A stretch of 64,000 nucleotides of DNA from the NCBI GenBank assembly GCA_015231405.1, contig JADGBR010000003.1, positions 93,549-157,548 on the forward strand, read 5' to 3'. The stretch's first letter is position 1. Each line of letters starts with the position of its first letter. Under the pieces are notes generated by a model, which made no database searches, was not told where the DNA came from, and saw only the letters and a program-made list of their open reading frames with translations. Position numbers and translations under genes: made by a program. This stretch comes from Candidatus Omnitrophota bacterium (GTDB taxonomy: Bacteria > Omnitrophota > Gorgyraeia > Tantalellales > Tantalellaceae). Below are positions 37,825 to 49,800 of this stretch, piece by piece.

Positions 37825-40800
37825 ATGAATAACTTTAATAAACAATTAATACTAAGAATTATCTCCTTGTCCACCGCTATCGTATTTCTGTTCCAGAGTA
37901 CGGTATACGGGGAAGCTCCGGCAATTACGGAAAGGTCGATAGAAAAGATAATTATCCCGGGGGAACTGGCTTCTGTGAAAAGCTCGAGCTTCACGGGGGG
38001 CGGGGATATTATCGTCCATATACAGGACGCGCATTGCGATCTTAACGGACAGCTTGCCATATCCAAAATACTTGAATATCTGGAAAAGAGATACGCCCTT
38101 AAGGATATTTATCTTGAAGGAGGGTCCGGAGGGTATGACCTTTCGATATTTAAAAGCATAGCGGATACCGGTGTCAGGCGGCAGGTTTCGGAAAAGTTCC
38201 TTGCTATGGGAGAGATAAGTGCGGCGGAATATTACGCAGTGAACGCGGATATAGCGCCTCTCCTTCAAGGCGTCGAGGACCCTGAACTGTATATCAGGAA
38301 CCTCGACGTATACAGGGGATCAAAGCTATATCGTGATAAAGCCCTGGAAATAGTGAACGCGGCCGGCAAGCGTTTGGACGAGCTCAAAACCCGGATAATG
38401 GGAAAAGAGCTTTTGGAACTGGAAACAAAATACGCCGCTTATTCGAACGATTCTCTTAAGATCAGGGATTACCTGGCATATCTATTCGTCGCAGCCGCTA
38501 AAACCGGATGCGATATCGGCGGTCTTCCGGAAGGGATATCACGATTGAAGAGCGTTCTCGACTCTGAGGAAAAAGTCAATTTCGGCAAGGCCGAAATTGA
38601 CCGGGAAAAGCTTTTGGGCATTCTTTTGGCGAGGTTGCCAGAGACGCGGAAAGAAGATCTTGTAAGGATGGTAGTCGCCTTCAAGCGCGGGGAGATATCG
38701 GGAGCGGAGTTTTACGGGTACCTTACAAAGAGAGCCGAAGAATCCGGCGTGGACGTCTCGTCCCAAATGAAAGATCTCGTGGCCTATGCCGGGTATGTCA
38801 GGGATTACGCCGAAATAGACAGGTCTTCGATCATGGACGGTATCGAGGCTCTTAAGACCGCTATATCCGAAAAATTTATTACCCGGGATGAAGAAAGAAC
38901 GCTTATCCGGCTCGATGAAGGGTTCGGGATGATCAAAAAGATATTCAATTTCAGCGTAACGAGCTCGGAATACAAAAAAGCCCTTAGTATGGATATCGCT
39001 GAGATGTATGGGGAGCTAGAGGCGCTTAACGGGAAGGGAGAGAACTCCGTGGACGCTCCGGAGCTTAAAGACTATTTCGATAGGATCAAGCCTTTTTATG
39101 AACACTCACTTCGAAGGGATGAGGTATTCATTGGCAATATACCCAGTGGGAACAAAGGCTCAGCCCCCCGCGTCATCGCTCTCGTTACCGGAGGGTTCCA
39201 TTCGGAAAACCTGTATGAGTTATTCAAAAAAAGAGGGTTTTCATATATTTCTGTCATACCTGAATTTTCGATATCCGAAGGTGAGAACCGCTATTTTGAT
39301 ATCCTTTCGGGCGAACAGTGCGGGCTTTCAAAAAGGATAAGTGCGGCCGTATCGTCTCTTCAGGTGGCGAGCAAATTGAACTTAGGGCTTGGAACAAAAA
39401 TATGGGGCGAGAGGGGCATCGAGGATTTCGAGGCGGCGCTGTATACGGAAGCGCTGGCCGAAAGCGGGTACAGGGTAGAGATAACGGATGAAAGCACCGG
39501 GGAGGTCGTATTCTCTAACGGGGACGAAAAAAACACCCTAATAAAGATCGGCAAAAACCGATTTTTATCGGACGTCCATCAAGAGTTCATCGATAAGGTC
39601 ATGACGGAAGACGAGAAGAATTACCGTGACCTTAACCCTATGGAAAGAAGCGCGGCCGAAAGGGCAGTTAGAGATATTATCGCGATAATGCCGGATACCA
39701 CGACACAGGATAGATCGGCCCGGTCGTCAGTTGAGGGACTGCTTGGGGTTAAGGCGCTTACCGGAAAAGAAGGCATCCGCGTATCGCTGAAACTTGAAGA
39801 AAGTAGACGCGACGGGCATGCCGGGGGCTGGGGAATAAGGATACGTGAGGAGCTCACCGACGAAGACGCGGTCTATAAAGTGATAAGGCATGAGATCCTT
39901 GCGGGGTTACTCAGGAATCACTCTATGGTCGGGGCGGTCGAAGGGTTTATGGATACGGATGAAACCCAAAGCGCCAGGGCATTCATGGCCGACGCGGAGA
40001 ACCGGCATGAAGGGATGAATGCCCTGTGGGATATCGAAGACAACGCGCGGCATAACATCGAAAGGGATCATTCGACTAAGGGCGGCGAAAAAGAGATAAA
40101 GGACGAGGATGTGCGTGAAATACTCGCCGAAAGGAAGTTCCTTGAACCGTCCGAAAGAGAAGAGCTGGTCAGGTTCATTATGGGATTTCATAAAGATTAT
40201 GACAAATACCTGAGCGTGATGAGGTCGAATAGCCCGGATCCTGCTAGATATAAAATATCTATCAGGGAGATAAAACGGTTCGCCGTGGAGGTCGAGAGGA
40301 TATTTAAAAAAGTGCTGAGCGAGAAAGAGACACGCGTGGAAGCGCTTAGTGTCGCCCGCGGGCAGTCTCTTTTTAATGTATACCTGGATTTTGTGGCCGG
40401 TGACGAAATAGTGGAGGCGAATAGGCGTACAGGGTATAAATTCCCTGATGTGGAATTGGGAGTGTGGAGTCAGAACCTTATCACGAGCTATGGGGCAGCT
40501 GATCGTTATTATGTAGATGGCCTCGCGAGAAAAGGCGAACAATTCGATACTAATATTTTCCAGAACACTGAGAGGAAACTGGGATACGCCCTGGAAAGCG
40601 GCATGCCGTCGCTTTTTATCAAGAACGATAACTCCCTTGGGGCCTTCGAGCAAGCGCTTTCAAAATATGTTTCCGAGAACAACGCCGAACTCCATTCCAT
40701 GCAGTGCACCCCATACAGCGACACGACCCAGCTCCTTGGCGGATATGTCCCCCGGGAAAGGGTGAATAAGGGCGAGGCGTACAAAATAATAGAGGGGATA

Positions 40801-43800
40801 ATAGGGGATGACGCCGAGATACGCGGAATACTCGAAAAACTCCTTTCGAGAGAACCCCTCGATAAGGAAATACGGGATTTTAAGGAACTATACGCTAAAA
40901 AAGAAGCCGACGGGTTAATTATAGCCGCGGCGATGGTCAAAAAGAACCCGGATAACTGGCGGAAGAAGCTGGTTTACGAAAAGGGGCTATTGGCCCGTAT
41001 CATCGAAAAATGCAATAAGGAGGGTGGTAAGACATTTATCCTTAACCTTGAGAACGTCGAGGCCCTGCCCGGGAGGGTGCGAGCCCAGCTTAATACGTTC
41101 CTACTTAACGGCGAAATGAGAGTTCCCGGGGCGGACTCGGAAGAGATGCGAAAACTGGTCATGCCGTCTAACCTCAGGATAATAGCGACGATGGGCGAAG
41201 GGTCGGTCCTCGAGGACGGAGCTTTTTATGACAGGTTCGTGAGGAAAAGCGTCGGCGAATGCGATCCCGGAGATCTCAGGGAAGCTATCGAGCGGGACTA
41301 TCCCGGCTTTCCGGAAAGCGTTGTCAAATTGCTCATAATAACATATCACAAATTCAGGGAAAAAGGGATCGAATGCACTGCCAGGGATTTTTTGAATATC
41401 TCGGGTTATGTGTACGGGAGAGCGAAAAACGGGAGTGTCCAAAAAATGTTCAAAGCAGCGGTGGAGGAGATCATCGGCTATTTTACCGTAAGGGACGAAA
41501 ACAGGTATTCATTCACCGATTACGCCGTGGAAATAGAAGCGGCGGCCGAAAATAGCTTTGACGCAAATTTTCTCAGGAAAGTCGGCCCGTCCATCAGGGA
41601 GATGGACCCGTTTGAGATAAAGATAGAATATTCCAAGGGAAGAAAAGAGCTGGTGGTGAACGGGATAGGCCTCCCGGTCAGAAAGGAGATGGGGTCTGCC
41701 ATGCAAGGGGTCATAGACGCCATGAATAAAGCGTCGGAAGGGTTGCCTGAAGAGTTGGCGATAAAACAGGCCCTTGTTGACGAGCTGGATTTTGTGCTCA
41801 CAAAAGATTCAAAAAAGATGTTATGGGCCGTCGCGCGCGCGTATAAGTACGGCAACGGTTTCGTCTGCCTCGAGGGTGTTACCGGAGCAGGTAAGACTTA
41901 TACCGCCGAGATGCTGAGTAAACTCATAGATTTCAAGCGTCCCCAAGGTGAAAGCCGTTTTTACTCCGAACCCGTCGACGCCCAGACGAAAATATCCAGG
42001 TATGTCGGCATGTTCAGGACGGATGAATACGGCTACTATTCGCTCGATAAGACAACCCCTTTCCTCGATATCATAGAGAACGGCGGCGTCGCGGCCATAT
42101 CCGAGATGAACACGGCCGTCAAGGACGACTACGCCAAGCTCGGCTGGTGGTTCAACCAGTTCGCCCGCGGCGACGAAGTCATTTCATTGACGGAATACCC
42201 GGGTTACGGCCCTCTCGGGGCGATGAGCCGTACGGTGAAGAGAAACCCGAGATGTATAGTGATCGTCGACATCAACCCCGAGGATTATGAGGCGAGGGGA
42301 AAACTTCCGGAGGAATTGAGGTCTTATGCCCAAAGGGTATCGGTATCCAAGACCGAAAATAAAGATGACCTTGAATTCGCCGCGTGGGCCTTTCTTAAAC
42401 AGATAACGGATGATAGGAAACGCTGGGCCATTGCTAAACAATTAGCTCTTTATCATCAGGCGCTGGAGGCTGAAGTGATAGCCGCCAATGGAAGAGGTGA
42501 AAGGCATCCGCCGTTAAGTTTCAGGGAGCTTAAAAGGATTTGTAAGGGCGTGAATAATGACTCTGACGTCTTTGCCGCTATAAAAGATGTAAGGGCCCTG
42601 ATCGGGAAGTACTATATCCCGGCGTTCAGGTCAAAAGAAAAACAAGCTGAACTGAGAGACCAGTTCGGAATAAAGGACTATAGCCCTGAAAAAGTGGTAG
42701 AAGAGCTTATTCTCGCTCCGGCCGGAGAAAGGTCCCCTCCGGCGATGGTATTTACATCCGCCGAAGACGATCCGATGGCGGAGCTTGATACCATTACAAA
42801 AGATAAGGACATGGTCACCGTTGAAAAGACTTTGATCACACTTTTTATCGACGAGTTTAAACTTTTGGGCGGATATGTGCCGGTCTCTAACGACTTAACC
42901 CCTGAAAAAGCGGCTGAGCGCATCGGCGTATACTCGAAAGAAGCTCCGGAAAATATAGGATATCTGGGGGAACTATTTCAGGAAATCGCCCAAAAACCTC
43001 TTCCCGCAGATCTGGAACAACTTACCCATCCTGAAGTGCTGAGTCTCGCCGCTGCCCTGGATTCGCTCCGAAACGGCCGTGACTGGCGCGAAAAACTGCG
43101 TTGGGAAAGAGGGATAATACCTCGTCTGATGAAAGAAGCGAGAGAAAACCCAACCAGGACATACATTCTCGCCCTCGAGAATTTTCACAGGATCCGCCCG
43201 GGCGTGGCCGTAGCCTTGAACAGCATCCTCCAGGAAGGCGAATATTACGACCCGGTCTCGAAAAAGAAAGAGACCGTTCCGCCTAACCTCAGGTTCTACG
43301 CGACCGCGATAGAGGAAGCCGAGCTCCCCATATCCATGGCGGAGGAATCGAGGTGGGTGAGGATACATAAGGGGATGAAAACTCAGGGTGAAAAGAAAAG
43401 TGAATTGATCGAATATGCCCGGAAACTCGTTTTGGAAAAGATCAACGCCGGGGAACTACAGTTTGTCGGTAATTATTCCCCCATTGGGTTTACTCGTAGT
43501 GAACAGGCTTTAACCGTGTCTGAAACGATCGTCAGTTCCATCGGAGATGAATTCTTGGAGCTATTCAATGTACCGCAACATAAGGAATACATAGATTCCG
43601 TTATAAACCAGGCTTTTTCTGAAGGGCCGGTAACTACCTCTGAGAGGTGGATTTATGCCCAAAGAATGAGCAAGTATTTGGTATATGGGGCTGCGATGAA
43701 AGCATCTGATAAAGCGGAACATTTTGAAAAAGGTAAACCTTCGCTATGTCCGAGATTATCCGAAAAGGATCAAGACATAAATCTATACGCCATTAAAATG

Positions 43801-46800
43801 TCCAAGAGAAGGATGGAGTGGCGTATTTATGCCGAATTCATCGAATTGTTCGATAGGAACTTTTTCGATTACATAAGCGAAATAAAAGATATGATGTCCA
43901 TGCCTGATATTCTTGCTTGCGTAGACGGGATAATTGAAGAATACGCTGAATATCATGAAAGTCTGAAACCCGGTATGGTCATTGGTAACTATGATTTATT
44001 GCAGAAAATATCGTTAAGGCAGATCAATAAATACATAAGCCGCAACTGTTTTGATAATAATCTTGCTGATAAAACCCCTATGGCAGGCTCGACAGCTAAT
44101 CTCCTCGAAGAAGTCGACGAACTCGTCGAGATCGAAGCCGCTACCTTCCAGGCTTTCAAGAACGGCAAAGTCGTCATTTACGAAGGCGCTCCCGGCGGCG
44201 GCAAGACCGACATGGGTATAGACGTAGCGAACCGCATGGGCCTTAAGAACTTCGTCTATTCCTGCCATGGGAGAGTTCACTCATCTGACCTTCTCGGCGG
44301 GTTCAGACAGGACAAAAGGGGCAATTTCATTTTTACCGGCGAGCCGGACGACGCCGGCAATTTTAAATATAACCCGTTCCTCCAAATGCTCACCCACGGA
44401 GGCGTATTCATATTCGACGAAGGGGCCATAGGCAAAAGGTCACAGGAACTTCTCAGTCTCCTCTCTGGCATCGCGAGGGGCGATAAAGACTTCTTCGTTA
44501 ACGAGCTCCCCGGAAAACCGGCGAGAAAACTTGAGGTCCATAAAGATTTTCACATAATAATTACGATGAACCCCGCCGAAGATACTCCCGGCCGCGAGCC
44601 ACTGCCGCTCGAACTCTATAACCACGCGAGAAGGATCTGGGTGCCGGGGAAAATGTCGGAAGAGTCTTACCGGAAGATAATCACGCGCTTCTTCAAAGAC
44701 GCTTGCGCCAGAAATAAAGTAAACCCTGAGGATATCTTCGCCTCCAACGAAAAAAGCCGCAAAATGTTCTCGGACCTCATAACCGAGATCCATTTCATCA
44801 TCAACGAAATGGTAGGCGAAAGCGTGAGCCTTGAAGAGAGCACAAACCTTCATCTTCTTACACTCAGAGATATGAAGAAACTGGTTAAAGACTTCGTGAA
44901 ACTCTACGCCGCCGGGGTGGATAAAACGGAAGCGCTGAGGCTAGCCATAAGAACAGAATACTTAAGTCAGTTCGACGCGAGATCCGACCGCAACCTCATC
45001 AAGCTCCGTCTCGACGGTACTTTCCTCGGCGCCGGCAAAAAGGAGATGGCCGACCAATTCCAAACCGAAAAAATATACCTGGGGACGGTGATATCGACCA
45101 TGGGGAAACCAGTCGACCCGGAGACGCTTAAGCTGATAGACAGGAAACGGCAAAAACAAGGTGAGCTGCAAACTCCCGGAATGAGGACGGAAAAACCATT
45201 ATCTCCATTTGAGCCCGGTAATGTTGCCCGCCTCCCCGGCGACGTTTTAAAGAAGCCCGCCAGATTCGCGAAAGACTGGCGGGAGATAAATGGGGATCCG
45301 GGTATCGATCAGGGACGGGAACGGGGGACGGTCGAGGTGGCCGAAGAGAAGTCTTTGGCGCTTTTTGACAGGTTCAGCCCTACCGACGGTGAAGCGGTCT
45401 ATTGGAAGGAAACAGCGAAGGATCGTATAGCCACACCCCAGACCGTTGTTCCGCTAGAAGGCCCGGGTGAACTACCAGCCGATCTGGATACCCGAATGGC
45501 ATTCGAGCAAAAAGCCTTTACCTATAGTGAGACTGTTCCCGAGATCATCGCGGGAAAGTTGGGCGAGGGTAAGGGCGTTATGAACGCTTTATACTCCGAA
45601 TGGTCAATTACGGAACTTTACAAGACATTGAAGATTGGAGATAAGCGTGTTACGGGTATAGAGGTAATAGAGATCGGAGGCGAAGAATGCCTGGTCACAT
45701 CGGCCGGTAAGGCTGTTCAGGTGTGGCGGAAGACGCCCTCGGGATGGGATGTAACGACGCTTCTCGGGAGTACCCGGGGTATCAACGTTTTAAGAACGAT
45801 AAAGCGCGGCGGTAAAACATGCATAGTGACAGGTTCTGTCTCTGGTCTAGTGATGATGTGGGAACCGGACGGAGGCGGGTGGAAAGCTACTCGGTTATAC
45901 GGCTATGCCGGCAATGACGTAACAGCTTTAGCCGTTATGAGGAGAGTTGTCGACGGAGAGGAAAAAGAATGCCTGGTTACCGGCGGAAGTGACGGGAAGA
46001 TCTATCTATACGAGGAAGGTAAAGACGGGTGGGGATACACTTGTTTTAAAGTGGGATCGGAGCCTATACTCAGTCTGGAAGTCATGAAATTTAAAGACAA
46101 GGGTAACAGTATTGTAGCGGCCGGCGGATACGGTACCGTAAAGGCTCTATATTCTCCTGGCGGGAATGACTGGGCCGGGGAGTATGTTTTCAGCGAGAGG
46201 TGGTCTACGGGATCTTTTATCTGCCCCGATAAAACTGAGAACGGAACGTTTTTTACGAGCGGGTACGTCGATAATGTGACGGATATGTCGGGTGTCTGGC
46301 GCTTCGAGCCGGGCGCGACGGACAATGCGGGTGTTATTTACGACGCACATGCTAAAGGAGCCGTCCGGGACATGAAAGGATTCGGGCTTAACGGTGAAAA
46401 TATGTACGTTTCGGCGGGTCTTGACGGTAGGATCATATTATGGAAAGAGGCAAAAGAGAAACCCGCTTCCGGTGAACAGCCGTCGCTTATGCCGATAAAC
46501 GTCCTCTTTGAAAAAGAAGACGTAAAGTTCAATAAACTCCTGGTCACCGACATCGAGATAGGAGGTAAATCACGGAAATGCGTCCTCGCCGGGACCACGA
46601 CCGGCGAGGTCATGATCTTCAACCTCGAGCAGGAGAAGTATATCGAGGAGAACAAGCGGCGCCTCGCTCCGGAGGATCCGGAAGCCGCTCTGCCCGTGCC
46701 GGAAAAGCCCGAACTCCCGTACGGTTTGGGCGAAGAAGCTATTTTCAGGCCTACTGAATTCGCGGATGCGGGGCGGATATTCGATAGGGAGATAACGGGG

Positions 46801-49800
46801 GATGAGATAGACGCGATGAGTGCCGGACTGGTCGCGAAGGCCGGGCGAATGGTGTCGAAAGAGGTCCCTTCAAGAAGCGTAACGGGCGGAGCGGATATGC
46901 CCCGTCAAAAAGACATTGCATGCTATAAAACTGACGAATTCGAGGATGCTTTAGGTGCTCCTGTGGAAGAGAAAGCGTCCTTTTCTGATATGCCGGATGA
47001 CATGGAAGGGTTAATGGATGGAGAGAAATACTTCATGTATATTGAGCGGAATAAATACGCGGACGTCTTGAAAAATACGACTTTTAGACAAAAAGATAAA
47101 AGATTAAGCGAGCTGATCAATAAAATAGACCTGAAATGCAAAGTTAGCGGCATCAAGGTGTTTAAGGTCGGGAGCAAAGAGTGTATCGCTTATAGCGATT
47201 ATAACGGATGGTTAAGGATAATCGATTTCTCTACAGGGACGGTGCTGAACATAAAAGCCAATTCATCGATCATTTGCGGTATTTACAGCATGGAAATATT
47301 ACAACACGGAGATGAGACCGTCATAGTTACCTCCGGCGAGAAGAATAAACTTCGCAGATGGTCGATGACTGAAAAAGGGCTTACCGAAGGGAAAGTCACC
47401 GTCAGGAGTATGGATATATATACAGGGGAAATACCGATACGCAAAATGCGAAAGGGCGGGAAAGAATGTATCGTTGTCTGCGGAAGGGACAATACGATAA
47501 TGATCATTGAAGAGTTCGTTCAAGAAGATAATGCCGGGCGTGTAGTGGATAAGATAAAACGAACGATACTCGCGTCCAGGAATTGGCAGCTTAATCGTTT
47601 TTCTGTTTTGGAAGAGCTTGACGGTAACGACAGTATTGTCGCTTCTCATTCGACTCACACCGGGCAGCCTGACGGGGCTGACGCGTTGTGTCTGTGGAGT
47701 AATACCGGGGACGGATGGGATATGAAAATGATCGAGCCGGTGGATGGTTCGGGGAATGAAGTTAAAAGGCAAAATGATGTCCCGTTCATCGAGGGTGAAG
47801 AATGCCAGCTCCTGGACACGATATCGCTTTCCGGGGGTGGCAATAACTTGATAGTTACGGCTCCCAAGGATCCGGGCAATGAGATACTCGCTAAACATCT
47901 CAGGATATACAAAATGGACGGGAAAAGCGGTTGGGAAGTAATGAATTTATACGGTGTATTTGAAGGATACACAGCTCCCTCGGGACGTGATCTGATCGGA
48001 AAGGTTCAAAATGTGAAAACAGTCAAAGCCGGCGGGAGATCGTACGTTTTGATCAACGATATTCTTCAAAATCTGAGAGTTTGTGATTTTGCCTCGAATA
48101 CGGTCAGAATTTTGGAAATAGTCGATGAAGATCAGCTACATTGGAATTCAATAGTAGGAGCCGAGGGAATGGAGACGGGGGGATTATTAGTGACTTGTTC
48201 GAATGGAGGCGAACTGAAATTCTGGGACTTAAACCTTCAAGATAAAATAAAATACGAGAAAGTTGCCGTCGCGGCTGCGAAGTCGGGGTCGGGTGAGGGT
48301 GATGCCTTTCCTTCTCCTTCCGATGAAGCGTATCCCGAGATCGAGCTTCCGGAAGAGCCGGCTATTAACGAGACGCGTCTTGCGCTGAAACTTTCCGGGC
48401 GGGTGCTGCTTATCGCGCAGCCGGGGGCTAGGGAGAAGGTTATCGTTGATGAATCGGCGAAGCGCGAAGGGATAAAGGACGTGTATTCCATTGAAGGCAG
48501 TCCGTCGCTCACCGTTTTCGATATGTTCGGCGGGCTTTTTCCTCTGCTTGAGGGTGAGGAAAGGCCGTCCGGGGAGGATCTGGTCTTTAAAAAAGGATTT
48601 TTCACAAGGCACATGATCACCGAGGAGGAATATCTTAGGGATTACGGCGAGGATGACGAGCCCCGGCTTCTTGTCATACACAATATTGACGCCGTGCCCG
48701 AGAAAGTCAGGGCGGCGGTCAATAATCTTCTCCTTAACGGCTTCATAGAGATACCCGGCGAGGGTGAGAACGGCCGGCTTTATCTTCCGGAGAACATAAA
48801 GATCATAGCCACGATAAACGCTAACAGCCAGCGGGATTTCTCGAGCGCTTTCCCAAACAGGTTTACCCGGGTCAACGCATCGGAAATGGAAACGTCGCCT
48901 TACTGGCTTAGCCAGTTCGTTCAATATGTGATGAGGGTTTACGGGTTCGATAATGAGCTGGCCGGAAGCATCGAGATGGTGCATTGCATGATAAAAAGGC
49001 TGGAGGACGGAGGCAGTTTCTGGCCTTCGGGTTACGTGTACGGGTTCACGGTCAAAGACGCTTTGACGGCGGCGAAATTCATTTCGCTCGGGCTAAAAGA
49101 AAGGGCAATGTTAGGGCAGGCTGTTACTAAGAAGGATGAGACGGAAATAGCCGTAAGGGAGATCATCAGGGCTTACGGTTTACGTCTTAAACAGAGCGAT
49201 AAAGATTATGACAATTTTGTGGACCTGATCCTGAAGAGGATATTCGACCACGATAAAGATATGGTCGACGCCGTTTCGGGCGAGATAAGGATATCCGGCG
49301 GGAAATTGTCATCCATATCGGATATCCCGGTGAACCCGACCCAGAAAGGTAAACACCCGTACGCGATAGACAAGAATTACAGGCTGACCATGGTGAAAAG
49401 CATCGTCCGTACCATATCCGGCGTTCTACGCGGATTCCAGGCCGGGAAGATCGTCTCCCTGACCGGCGAAACCGGCGTCGCCAAGACCACGATAGGAGTC
49501 GCGCTCGCTGAAAGCCTGGGGATGGATAGCTATGTCTTCAGCATGCATAAAGATGTTAAGTCTTACGATTTTACGGCAGGTATCAGGGCGACAGATGCCG
49601 GTCAGTACCGGCTTGACTTGTCGGATTTCGCCGAAAAATTAAAGTCCGGGAACACCGTCCTTGTTGTCGACGAAGCTAACATTAAACCCGAGATATTATG
49701 GATACTCTCAGGGATCGCCCGCGGCGAGAGGAAATTCTCCATCGAAGTGCCCGGAGAAAAGCCTATAGAATTCCGGCTCGGAGATAACATATATATCCTC

